64,000 nt of DNA from an uncultured Lentimicrobium sp. Lineage in GTDB: Bacteria; Bacteroidota; Bacteroidia; Bacteroidales; Lentimicrobiaceae. Each line of letters begins with the position of its first letter. Position 1 is the stretch's first letter. Location of the stretch: NCBI GenBank assembly GCA_964503805.1, contig CAZDBX010000001.1, positions 7,456-71,455 on the forward strand, read 5' to 3'. The notes under the pieces were generated by a model. It did not search any database. It saw only the letters and a list, made by a program, of their open reading frames with translations, and was not told where the DNA came from. This document shows positions 9,799 through 20,300 of the stretch, piece by piece. The position numbers and the translations under genes were made by a program.

Positions 9799-10551
9799 AT
9801 GGATGCGGTTGACCTTTTTGGAACTGAGGCTATCTCGCTGTTTATCAGACTATTGATAGCTCATTTAGCCGGAGATTTTATTTTCCAGAAAAAATCCTGG
9901 ATCGAAAGCCGTCAGGCCGGAAAATGGAGATCCCCCTTTCTTTACCTGAATGCAGGCATAGTTGCATTCTTATCGTGGGCTTTGTCAGGCTACCATCAGA
10001 TGTGGGCCATTCCGCTTTTTATCTTCTTCGTTCATGCCTTCACGGACCTGTTGAAATCCTATGCGCCCGATACCAGAGCCGTCTTCTTCACTGATCAGGT
10101 CCTGCACCTCGGGGCCACGGTAGTGGCGACAGTGCTTTATCTTCCGGCATCAGACGCGGATTACAGCTGCTGCGGTTTCCTTTTCGGGAATTATAATCTG
10201 TGGATTTACATTTGCGCTTACCTGACCGTACTCTGGCCGATGGGCATTTTCATCGCGCAGTTCACAAAGCAGTGGCAGGCAGAAAGCGATCAGTCAGGCG
10301 GCCTGAAAGATGCAGGCCGTTACATTGGGATGCTCGAGCGGCTGCTGATACTGACCTTTATCTTTGTGAACCAGTTTCCGGCCATCGGCTTTCTGATTGC
10401 CGCCAAATCCATCCTTCGCTTCGGCGACATCCGCGAAAGCGGAAACCGGAAAGGGGCAGAGTATATCCTTATCGGGACCATGATCAGTTTCGCTGCTGCC
10501 ATCTTTACCGGAATTACCACCAATTATCTCATCAACTTACCGGACTTATGA
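9799..10551 (+). CDS. DUF3307 domain membrane protein
   Basis: LLIAHLAGDFIFQ, VHAFTD and FTDQVLH motifs, plus C-terminal AGRYIGMLER...GFLIAAKSILRF...EYILIGT. Several TM helices. This family is the usual partner of satD. Confidence 0.8.
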   Translation: MDAVDLFGTEAISLFIRLLIAHLAGDFIFQKKSWIESRQAGKWRSPFLYLNAGIVAFLSWALSGYHQMWAIPLFIFFVHAFTDLLKSYAPDTRAVFFTDQVLHLGATVVATVLYLPASDADYSCCGFLFGNYNLWIYICAYLTVLWPMGIFIAQFTKQWQAESDQSGGLKDAGRYIGMLERLLILTFIFVNQFPAIGFLIAAKSILRFGDIRESGNRKGAEYILIGTMISFAAAIFTGITTNYLINLPDL

Positions 10552-11021
10552 AAAAGATCGACACAGAACTGATGGATCAACTGACATACAAAGCCAGACA
10601 ATCCCCGCGTATGCGGATGAACCACAACTTCCATACGGGGCCTGAGGACACCCTGCAAAGGCTGCTGAACGCGATGGAACCCGGAACCTATGTGCGGCCG
10701 CACAAACATGAAGACCCTGACAAGCGGGAAGTATTTTTTGCCCTGCGCGGTAAACTCTGTGTTGTGCAGTTCGATCAGGAAGGCAACATCACCGACCACG
10801 TTGTGTTGTGTCCCGGCGGTCAGGCTGTTGCTGCCGAAATCGCTGAAAGAACATTTCACACCGTGATTTCGCTGGAACCGGGATCGATCGCCTATGAAGC
10901 CAAAGATGGCCCGTACAACCCGATTGACGACAAGAATTTCGCCTCCTGGGCGCCGGCGGAAAATTCCCCTGAAGCAGCCACCTACCTGCAGGGACTTATC
11001 GGAAAACTCGGCTTGAAGTAA
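10548..11021 (+). CDS. WbuC family cupin-fold metalloprotein
   Basis: ARQSPRMRMNHNFH, QRLLNAMEPGTYVRPHKH, FHTVISL, EAKDGPY motifs. True start is ATG 10548 (ATGA overlap), not 10200. Confidence 0.85.
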   Translation: MKKIDTELMDQLTYKARQSPRMRMNHNFHTGPEDTLQRLLNAMEPGTYVRPHKHEDPDKREVFFALRGKLCVVQFDQEGNITDHVVLCPGGQAVAAEIAERTFHTVISLEPGSIAYEAKDGPYNPIDDKNFASWAPAENSPEAATYLQGLIGKLGLK

Positions 11022-11105
11022 GGTTGTTTTTCCTTAATTTTGCCGCACCGCTGATCAGCCACCATCTGCTTACAAGATGACGGCAACCAGTCAGCCGCAT
11101 TCGTT

Positions 11106-12470
11106 ATGAATATCACAAAACCTGCCATACCTAAGGGGACCCGCGATTTTTCGCCCCTCGAAATGAATCGCCGGAACTACATTTTCGATACCATCCGTTC
11201 GGTTTTCGGGCAATATGGCTATCAGCCCATTGAGACCCCTGCCATGGAAAACCTTTCCACCCTTCTGGGAAAGTACGGTGAAGAAGGGGATAAACTACTG
11301 TTCCGTATCCTTAACTCCGGCGATTTTCTTTCAGGGATTGATGAACAGGAATTAAAAAAGGACAATGCAGGCCAGCTCTCTCAAAAAATCAGTGAAAAAG
11401 GGCTGCGCTATGACTTAACTGTTCCTTTTGCCCGCTATGTGGTACAGCACCGCAACGACATCACCTTCCCGTTCAAGCGCTACCAGATTCAGCCGGTATG
11501 GCGTGCCGACCGCCCCCAGAAAGGGCGCTACCGGGAGTTTTACCAGTGCGACGCCGATGTGGTTGGCTCGGATGCCATGATCAACGAAGCCGAATTGCTG
11601 CTGATCGCCGACCAGGTGTTCAGCCGCCTGGGCATAAAGGTGGTAATCAAACTCAACAACCGGAAGATCCTTTCAGGCATCGCCGAGCTGATCGGATATG
11701 GCGACAAGATTACCGACATCACCGTAGCCATTGACAAACTCGATAAAATCGGGGCTGAGAAAGTAAACGAGGAACTGGCCGAAAGGGGAATCAGCAGGGA
11801 AGCAATTGAAAAACTCCAGCCGGTGCTACACCTGCAGGGATCGAACACTGAAAAACTTGAAAAACTGAAAGCGCTGCTCTCAGGCACCGCCGATGGCCCG
11901 AAAGGGATTGAGGAAATTACTGAAATCCTGAGCCTGACCGGCATCATGCACATTGATTCACCCGTTGAACTGGACCTCACCCTTGCCCGCGGGCTGAACT
12001 ACTACACCGGAGCCATTATTGAGGTGAAAGCAGCCGGCGTGGCCATGGGCAGCATCAGCGGAGGCGGACGCTACGATAACCTTACAGGAATATTCGGACT
12101 ACCGGGGGTTTCGGGGGTAGGAATTTCTTTCGGGGCCGACCGCATCTATGATGTTATGAACGAACTCAACCTTTTCCCGGCAGGGGCATCGGCAACCACC
12201 AAAGTGCTTTTCGTCAATTTCGGCAGGGAAGAAGAGAAAGTCTGTATCGGCCTGGCTGCTGAATTAAGAAAAAACGGCATCAATACCGAAGTATATCCCG
12301 ACCCGGCCAAACTGAAGAAACAATTCTCCTATGCCGACACCCACAGTATTCCCTGGGTGGTTATAATCGGTGAAGAAGAAAGGGCCGGCGGAAAGGTCGT
12401 TCTGAAGAATATGATATCCGGCGAACAGCGCTCTGTGGAAGCCGGCGAATTGATGACTTACATCCGCTGA
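11106..12470 (+). CDS. hisS: Histidine--tRNA ligase
   Basis: [53 protein letters not shown], anticodon-binding domain. Confidence 0.96.
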   Translation: MNITKPAIPKGTRDFSPLEMNRRNYIFDTIRSVFGQYGYQPIETPAMENLSTLLGKYGEEGDKLLFRILNSGDFLSGIDEQELKKDNAGQLSQKISEKGLRYDLTVPFARYVVQHRNDITFPFKRYQIQPVWRADRPQKGRYREFYQCDADVVGSDAMINEAELLLIADQVFSRLGIKVVIKLNNRKILSGIAELIGYGDKITDITVAIDKLDKIGAEKVNEELAERGISREAIEKLQPVLHLQGSNTEKLEKLKALLSGTADGPKGIEEITEILSLTGIMHIDSPVELDLTLARGLNYYTGAIIEVKAAGVAMGSISGGGRYDNLTGIFGLPGVSGVGISFGADRIYDVMNELNLFPAGASATTKVLFVNFGREEEKVCIGLAAELRKNGINTEVYPDPAKLKKQFSYADTHSIPWVVIIGEEERAGGKVVLKNMISGEQRSVEAGELMTYIR

Positions 12471-12602
12471 TTATGTTTATTGACTGGAACCTGAAGTTCA
12501 AGGTAAAAATCAACCGGGCAGGCCTGACTGTGAAAATCATGGGATAAACCCGGACTTTTTCATCAGTTAATCAATTCCGTCAACAACCAACTTTATTTTC
12601 TT

Positions 12603-14102
12603 ATGAATTCTTTTGCCATCAGTGCAGAGCCGCTGAACCTGGAAACCATTGAGCAGATTCTGGGTAACAATACAAAACTCACCCTATCGGACGAAGCAAA
12701 AAATAAAATCCAGCACTGCCGCGATTATCTCGACAGCAAACTTGAAAACCACAGCGATCCTATTTACGGCATCACCACAGGTTTCGGATCGTTGTGCAAT
12801 ATTCAGATTTCAGCGAAAGACCTCAGCAAACTGCAGGAAAACCTGGTGATGTCGCATGCCTGCGGCACCGGCAATGCAGTATCCGGCGATATCGTCAGGC
12901 TGATGCTGATGCTGAAAGCCCATGCGCTTTCGTCGGGCAATTCGGGTGTGCAGGTGAAAACGGTGGAGCGTTTGCTCGATTTTTACAATAACGACGTTCT
13001 CCCGGTCGTCTATGAACAGGGGTCGCTTGGCGCCTCAGGCGATCTCGCCCCGCTGGCCCACCTTTGCCTGCCTTTACTGGGCATGGGAGAAGTAACGGTC
13101 AAGGGAAAAATACTTCCGGCCAAAAAAGTCCTGAAACAATTTGGCTGGGAGCCGTTACAGCTTCAGTCGAAGGAGGGACTGGCCCTGCTCAACGGCACAC
13201 AGTTCATGGGCGCCCACGCCGTTTATATCCTGCTGAAAGCCAGAAAACTGGCATTGTTTGCAGATATCACGGGATCCATTTCACTTGAAGCATATAATGG
13301 GCGCCTGGACCCTTTCATGGAACAATTGCATACCATCCGGCCGCATCAGGGTCAGATTGAAACGGCCCGCAACTTCAGGAACATCCTGAACGGCAGCCGC
13401 CTGATCAGCCAGCCAGGAAAAAAAGTGCAGGATCCGTATTCATTCCGCTGCATTCCCCAGGTGCATGGTGCCGTGAAAGATACCATCAGATATGCCGAAA
13501 GTGTCGTCCTTACCGAGATCAACGCGGTAACCGACAATCCGACCATCTTCCCCGACGAAGATCTGGTGCTTTCAGGAGGAAACTTTCACGGTGAACCCAT
13601 TGCTTTTGTACTTGATTTCCTGGCAATCGCCCTGGCCGAGCTCGGCAACATCGCGGAGAGAAGGGTTTACCGGCTGATTGCCGGTCAGCGCGGGCTGCCT
13701 GAGTTCCTGGTGGCAAAACCCGGCCTTAACTCCGGCTTTATGATCCCCCAGTACACCGCTGCCAGCATTGTCAGTCAGAACAAGCAACTGGCAACGCCAT
13801 GCTCGGTCGACTCGATCACCTCGTCGAACGAACAGGAAGACCATGTGAGCATGGGCGCCAATGCCGCCACTAAAACCCTGAGGGTAGTAAATAATCTCGA
13901 AAAACTGCTGGCCATCGAACTCTTTGCGGCAACGCAGGCCCTCGAATTCAGGGATGCCACCGCCACCTCCCCTTTCCTCAACGCGTTTATTTCGGAATAC
14001 AGAAGTGCAGTTCCCTTTATTAAAGACGATACCATCATGTACACCGAAATTCAGAAATCAATTGACTTCCTGAAAAATGTGCGCATTGATTTTCCTGCAT
14101 AA
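12603..14102 (+). CDS. hutH: Histidine ammonia-lyase
   Basis: YGITTGFG, NLVMSHACG (HAL-type SH), MIO motif GASGDLAPLAH, QDPYSFRCIPQVHG, SGGNFHGEP, QEDHVSMG. Confidence 0.92.
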   Translation: MNSFAISAEPLNLETIEQILGNNTKLTLSDEAKNKIQHCRDYLDSKLENHSDPIYGITTGFGSLCNIQISAKDLSKLQENLVMSHACGTGNAVSGDIVRLMLMLKAHALSSGNSGVQVKTVERLLDFYNNDVLPVVYEQGSLGASGDLAPLAHLCLPLLGMGEVTVKGKILPAKKVLKQFGWEPLQLQSKEGLALLNGTQFMGAHAVYILLKARKLALFADITGSISLEAYNGRLDPFMEQLHTIRPHQGQIETARNFRNILNGSRLISQPGKKVQDPYSFRCIPQVHGAVKDTIRYAESVVLTEINAVTDNPTIFPDEDLVLSGGNFHGEPIAFVLDFLAIALAELGNIAERRVYRLIAGQRGLPEFLVAKPGLNSGFMIPQYTAASIVSQNKQLATPCSVDSITSSNEQEDHVSMGANAATKTLRVVNNLEKLLAIELFAATQALEFRDATATSPFLNAFISEYRSAVPFIKDDTIMYTEIQKSIDFLKNVRIDFPA

Positions 14103-14125
14103 TGCCGGAAATGATTAACCAGAAG

Positions 14126-14160
14126 ATCCGGAATTAAAAAATTATTCCGGATTTTTTTTT
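14126..14160 (+). terminator. Intrinsic terminator after hutH
   Basis: ATCCGGAAT/ATTCCGGAT stem followed by a long T-run. Confidence 0.7.
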
Positions 14161-14216
14161 GCGGAATCCTTCCTTTTGCATTCCTTTGAAGAAACAAACT
14201 AACTCCCGGAGGTATC

Positions 14217-15743
14217 ATGACACTTATTATCAAAGGCAGCGGACTGACCATTGAGGATGTGGTTGACGTCGCACGACACGGAAAACAGGTTGATCTGCAT
14301 CCCGAAGCCATTCAGCGTATCCAGGCATGCCGGGCCATGCTGGAGAAAAAAATTGTTGCCGGTGAAATTATGTACGGCGTCAATACCGGTATTGGCGAAT
14401 TTTCGGAAGTAGTTCTCAATGATGACCAGGTAAAGGAGTTTCAAAAGTACCTGATATACAACCATGCCGCGGGCATAGGAGAAGCCATGCCTGCCGAGCA
14501 TGTGCGCGGGGCCATGCTGGGCCGCATCAACGTACATGCCCACGGAAATTCAGGTGTAAGGCCGGAAATCACGATGACGCTGGTTGAAATGCTGAATAAA
14601 GGCGTTACGCCCTATGTTTGCCAGAAAGGATCGGTTGGCGCCAGCGGCGACCTGGCGCCCATGTCGCAGATAGCCCTGCTGATGATGGGCGAAGGAAAGG
14701 CATTTTACAAAGGAAAACTGCTGGATGGTAAAGAAGCCATGGAAAAGGCCGGCATCCCCATCCCGGGATTGAAAGCCCGTGACGGACTGGCCACCATCAA
14801 CGGGAGCAATGTGCTCACCGCCATGAGTGCCATTTTTCTTTACGATGCCAACAACTGGCTGAAGCAGGCCGAAATTGCCGCAGCCATGTCGCTGGAAGCG
14901 CTCAAAGCCAATATGAAACCCTACAATGCCCTGCTGCATGAGGTCAGGGGATTTAAGGGAGCGGTAAGAAGTGCAAACGCCATCCGCAGGCTGGTTGAAG
15001 GCGGCGACCTGGCAGAAAACCGCATCAAATGCAAGGTTCAGGATGCCTATTCCATGCGTTCCACCCCACAGGTGATCGGCGCGGCCCACGATGCCATCGC
15101 CTGGGCGAAATCGCAGGTGGAAATTGAACTGAACGGCGTCGGCGACAATCCCATCTTTTTCCCCGATCAGAACCTGCAGCTCTCGGGCGCCAACTTTCAG
15201 GGAACCCCCGTAGCCGTGCCCATGGATATGGCCGGATCGGTTATTACCATGGTAAGCGTGATGTCGGAACGCAGGATGAACCGCCTCAACAATCCGGCCC
15301 TCAGCGTGGGATTGCCCGCATTCCTCACCAAGGGCGCCGGCATGTTTTCAGGCCTGATGCTCAGCCAGTACACCGCCGATATGCAGATTGTGGAACAACG
15401 CATCCTGAGCATGCCCGCCTCCATACAATCCATTCCCGCCGCCGCCGACCAGGAAGACTTTGTATCCATGGGCATGAACACAGCGCTTAAGAACAATATA
15501 ATCCTCGACAATGCCTATGGCATTCTGGGCATTGAGCTGATGGCAGCAGCCCAGGCGCTCGATTTCAGGGAATATACCTTCGGCAGGGGCGTTACCAAAG
15601 CCAAAGAAGTGATCCGGCGCCACGTGGACTTTCTCGATATCGACCGCCCGCTATACAACGATCACAACAAGATGAAAGCGCTGGTGAAATCGTGTGAAAT
15701 CCTCAACGAGGTTGAAGCGGTTGTCGGTAAACTCGAAAGTTAG
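14217..15743 (+). CDS. Second MIO-dependent aromatic amino acid ammonia-lyase (HAL/PAL/TAL family; substrate uncertain)
   Basis: YGVNTGIG, YLIYNHAAG, GASGDLAP (MIO), QDAYSMRSTPQV, SGANFQGTP, DQEDFVSMG. Confidence 0.85.
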   Translation: MTLIIKGSGLTIEDVVDVARHGKQVDLHPEAIQRIQACRAMLEKKIVAGEIMYGVNTGIGEFSEVVLNDDQVKEFQKYLIYNHAAGIGEAMPAEHVRGAMLGRINVHAHGNSGVRPEITMTLVEMLNKGVTPYVCQKGSVGASGDLAPMSQIALLMMGEGKAFYKGKLLDGKEAMEKAGIPIPGLKARDGLATINGSNVLTAMSAIFLYDANNWLKQAEIAAAMSLEALKANMKPYNALLHEVRGFKGAVRSANAIRRLVEGGDLAENRIKCKVQDAYSMRSTPQVIGAAHDAIAWAKSQVEIELNGVGDNPIFFPDQNLQLSGANFQGTPVAVPMDMAGSVITMVSVMSERRMNRLNNPALSVGLPAFLTKGAGMFSGLMLSQYTADMQIVEQRILSMPASIQSIPAAADQEDFVSMGMNTALKNNIILDNAYGILGIELMAAAQALDFREYTFGRGVTKAKEVIRRHVDFLDIDRPLYNDHNKMKALVKSCEILNEVEAVVGKLES

Positions 15744-15961
15744 CCGGAAGTTTATCGTCGGCGAAAACCGGATATCCGGAAAAGCGAATCTACCGGAAAG
15801 TGACTATCTGCGAGGCGGTTCGTGTGTTCGTGGTGGTGTTTTTTGAGCAGCCCTCCTCAGCCATCGGGAGAGGAAAACAAATAAGAATAATTTACAAAGC
15901 TGAAAAATCAAACAACTCCTAAAGCAGTCACTTCCAGAAAATTAAAAAAGCTATAAATCCT

Positions 15962-16408
15962 ATGACGGAACAAATGCCTGAAGACAATAAACGGCAATTC
16001 TATACCGGGAAACGGCCACCAACGCTCACCTTGCTTTGCATTCTCTCCTTTATCGGCGGCGGGGGTACGGCCCTTTCATCGCTGTTTGTGGTGATGGCTT
16101 ATGATATTATCCCAATGGCGCTGGAGCAGATGCCCGTACCTGAAGCTGAATCCATGCTTGAATTGGTGCAGTCGGCAGGGAAAAGCTTTTTTGTGGTCAC
16201 TGGTTTACTGAACCTGCTTTCACTCGCCGGCGCCATCCTGATGTGGAAGCTCAGGAAAACAGGGTTTCATCTTTACACGATTGCCCAATTGCTGTTGCTG
16301 GCCGCTCCGCTGCTGATGATCGCAGGCTACCAGATTCCATTTACAACATTCCTGCTGACGGGAACATTTATCCTTGGATACGGCCTGAATTTAAGGTTTA
16401 TGAGATAA
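15962..16408 (+). CDS. Small 4-TM membrane protein of unknown function
   Basis: RPPTLTLLCILSFIG...GAILMWKLRKTGFHLYTIAQ; four hydrophobic segments. Confidence 0.7.
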   Translation: MTEQMPEDNKRQFYTGKRPPTLTLLCILSFIGGGGTALSSLFVVMAYDIIPMALEQMPVPEAESMLELVQSAGKSFFVVTGLLNLLSLAGAILMWKLRKTGFHLYTIAQLLLLAAPLLMIAGYQIPFTTFLLTGTFILGYGLNLRFMR

Positions 16409-16498
16409 GTACCTGTTTAAAACCCACTGTTTATAAACAATTTTAACTTTTTTTCAACTACCTGTTGACATTCTGGAGCATTATTCCTTACATTAGCC

Positions 16499-16945
16499 AT
16501 GCCGTTTCAAATAGCAAACAGGATTAAAAATGAATATACGTTGAGCGACAACCATATTCAACCTAAACATTCCAAAAATAACACCCTCTTTTTAAGGGCG
16601 TTATGCATATTTTCGCTGATTGTTACAGGTTTCTGGATCATTACTTATATTGCACGTTCACTTGGGTTTAGCCTTATTGCATCATCTCAGGATTTTTCCA
16701 ACACTCACCTGTTCTCCGGTTTCTCCGCCCTCCCTATGATCGGCTTCAGTCTGCTCGCACTTACCGGAATTATCCTGATGTGGAAACTTAAAAAGTACGG
16801 TTTCTATCTTTATTTTGCTGCTCAATTCCTGCTCTTCAACTACCCCCTGCTTGTTTTCGGAACCGAACACTTTGATTTGAACGAATTGTTCTTTTCCTCC
16901 GTCTTTATCCTGCTTTTTGGGATTAACCTGAGGTACATGAAATAG
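16499..16945 (+). CDS. Small membrane protein, paralog of 15962-16408 (start may be TTG 16541)
   Basis: FLRALCIFSLI...GIILMWKLKKYGFYLYFAAQ...FGINLRYMK aligns with the upstream gene. Confidence 0.65.
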   Translation: MPFQIANRIKNEYTLSDNHIQPKHSKNNTLFLRALCIFSLIVTGFWIITYIARSLGFSLIASSQDFSNTHLFSGFSALPMIGFSLLALTGIILMWKLKKYGFYLYFAAQFLLFNYPLLVFGTEHFDLNELFFSSVFILLFGINLRYMK

Positions 16946-17320
16946 CAATTTCGGAATAATTGCCAGTCATACTGTTGCAATTAGTATAATGTTAACGGCG
17001 GAATTGCTTTTAAACAGCCTGATTAATGCTAAAAGATTAATTATCAATTAATTGAGTGAACAAGTTGACTTATAGATTGGTCCAGACATTGATTGTTGAA
17101 GTTGTTTTACTTTGAAAAACAAAGATTCTGCTTTAATAATTTGTTAATTTTGTTGTATGAGGTAGCGGAATTTATTATAAATTGCACCACTAAAAATGCA
17201 AAAACTAACCTAAAAAGGAGGTCCTCTGAGAGAAGTAACACCTTAAAACCAACCAACACCAGTCAGAAAATTTCACTAAACAATTATTGTTTAACATTTT
17301 ACTCATCAAAAACACACACT

Positions 17321-20300
17321 ATGAGAAAATTTGCATTGATGCTTGTACTTCTGATTTTCGCCGGAGTACAGGTAGTTCTGGCACAAACCACCGTTACGGG
17401 TACGGTTACCAGTTCAGAGGATGGCAAAGGCATTCCCGGAGCTACTGTACTTGTAAAAGGCACCACCGTTGGACTCACCACCGACATGAGTGGACAGTAC
17501 AAAATCAACGTTCCTGCCAGCGGACGTATCCTTCAGTTCTCATTCGTGGGAATGAAAACCAAAGAGGTAACCATTGGCAATCAGACAGTAATCAATGTAG
17601 TCCTTGATCCGGATATTATGGATATTGAAGGAGTTGTTGTTACTGCGCTGGGTATCAGCAGGGAGAAAAAATCCCTGGGCTATGCCGTACAGGATGTAGG
17701 CGCTGAAGACCTTACCCGTACCGGCAACAACAGTTTGCTTGGCGCGCTGCAGGGAAAAGTAGCCGGTGTCGAAATCAAGCCTTCGAGCGGTATGCCCGGC
17801 GCCTCTTCACAGTTTCAGATCAGGGGCGCCCGTTCATTCACCGGAGACAACACTCCATTGTATGTTGTTGATGGTATGCCCATTTCATCAACACCTGCAT
17901 ATTCGACAGGTAACAGTGTTACCGGCGCCGACATTTCAAACCGCGCCATCGACATCAACCCTGCCGATATTGAGAGTATCGAAGTACTTAAAGGACAGGC
18001 TGCCGGTGCTTTGTATGGCATCCGCGCTTCAAACGGTGTAATCATCATCACCACCAAAAGCGGTAAAAACAATAAGGTTGGCCGCCCGGTAGTAAACTTC
18101 AGTCATACCAGCAGTTTCGATCAGGTTTCAAGAACACCTGATTACCAGACTACTTATGCTCAGGGAACCGGAGGCGCTTATAATCCTACTGCATCTATGT
18201 CGTGGGGGCCGAAAATCAACGATCTGCCGAACGATCCCGTTCGCGGCGGTAATGTTGTCAATGACCTGACCAATGAATGGGGATTGCAGGAAGGTAAATT
18301 CTATGTACCGCAGCTTGATCAGGGCGGCCTTAATCCGTGGGTTACCCCTCAGGTGTTTAACAACTGGGACGATTACTTCCAGACAGGTTATACCATGGCC
18401 AATAATATCAGTATATCCCAGGCAACCAATGAAGGCAACTTCTCTCTCGGTTTCAGCAATACCGAGCAAACCGGTATCGCGTTAAATACAGGTATGACCC
18501 GTTACAATGTCAGGGCAAATGCCGAAAGAAACCTCAACAAGAATTTCACCACAGGATTTTCAGCCAATTATTCAACAGTAACCATTGACAAGTTGTCAGG
18601 TGCCAATGACGGTTCATTGGCAGGGGTGCTTGCAGCGCCTTCGAGCTATAACCTGAAAGGTTATCCTTACCACAGGCCAGGCGAACCTACCCGTCAGATA
18701 TACTACCGCGGAGGAAGCTTTGACAATGCTTACTGGGTTGAACATAACAACACCTTCAATGAAAACACCAACCGTTTCTTCGGTAATGCATTTATCAACT
18801 TCAAGACTGAACTCGATGCCACCAAGTCACTGAATATCCGGTATCAGGCAGGAGCAGACACTTATACAACCCACTTGCAGGACATCTTCGGCTATGGCAG
18901 CAGGGGCAACTCAAGAGGTGTTATTGACAACTATGGTACAACCAATACCATTTTCAACTCCCTGCTCACCGGTGCGTTTGACTGGAATATTACCGAGGAT
19001 TTTGACTTCAATTTTGTACTTGGTAATGAGATTAACCACGAAAACACCAAAGGCTATACCGAATCCGGCCAGAATTTCAATTTTCCTGGCTGGAACCACA
19101 TCGGTAATGCCAGCGTAGTAACGGCAAACGAATCACAATGGGCCAACAGAACCGTCGGTGTATTCGGAAGTATGTCCCTCTCCTGGAAATCAATGATCTT
19201 CCTGAATGCAACAGGCAGGAACGACGTTGTTTCGACTATGCCGAGAGACAACAGGACCTTCTTCTACCCGTCAGTGGGCGCATCATTTGTAGCAACAGAA
19301 ATGAGTGCACTGCAGGAAATTGACTGGCTGTCGTTTGCCAAAGTAAGGGTTTCTTATGCGGAAGTAGGCCAGGCTGGCACCTATTATGAAAACTTCTTTA
19401 CAAGTCCTGCCTATGGTGGTGGTTTCTGGGTTGGCACTCCCATCCAGTATCCGATCGGTGGCATCAGTGCTTATATTCCCAGTGATGAACGTTACGACCC
19501 GAACCTGAAACCCCAGAACACCAAATCAACCGAATTCGGTATCGACCTGAAATTTTTCAACAACAGGTTTGGCGTTGATTACACATTCTCGAAACAGAAT
19601 GTAACTGATCAGATCTTCCCGGTGCCCCTCGCAGGTTCGACAGGAGCAAGTACACTCGTAATGAACGGCGGCGCTGTAACTACCGATGCGCATGAAATCG
19701 TGCTTTATGTCACTCCTATCAAAACAAAGGACTTCACCTGGGATATCAATCTTAACTATACCAAGCTCACCAACATGGTTGACGAACTCGCTCCGGGTGT
19801 AGAAAGCATCTTCCTCGGTGGTTTTGTAACTCCCCAGGTGCGTGCAGGTATCGGAAATACCTTCCCGGTTATTTACGGAACATCTTTTGTTCGCGACGAC
19901 AATGGCAACATCGTTGTTGTTGACAACCCCGGCGCCTGGAATCACGGATTTCCGCAGGCAGGAGACCCCGATGTAATCGGAGAAGTATCCCCGGATTTCA
20001 TCCTGAATGGTACAACTACACTGAGCTATAAATCATTATCACTCAGTACCGTATTCGAATGGAAACAAGGTGGTGAAATGTATTCAGGTTCAAACGGTCT
20101 GCTCGATCTCTATGGCATGTCAGCCGTTACCGAGGACAGGGAATCAACTTTTATCTATCCCGGTGTAAAACCCGATGGTACGCCCAACGATATTGTAAGG
20201 GGTGGTCCGAATGATCCGAGAGCCGTTGAGAATCTCTATGCAAACGTATTATCGAATGTAGATGAGTATTACATCCACGAAAATTCATTTGTAAAACTGC

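Noticed and set aside
10200-10547. N-terminal extension of the cupin ORF (273 aa in the track) as a real overlapping gene or fusion
   Set aside because: It is an alternative frame of the DUF3307 gene; the cupin family sequence begins at ATG 10548 with a standard ATGA overlap.
15744-15961. Possible ncRNA or riboswitch after the second lyase (several CCGGA words, one weak hairpin)
   Set aside because: No recognisable family consensus, and CCGG(A) words are frequent throughout this window.
17196-17213. Tiny uORF MQKLT in the susC leader
   Set aside because: Five codons with no associated terminator/antiterminator; expected by chance in AT-rich DNA.
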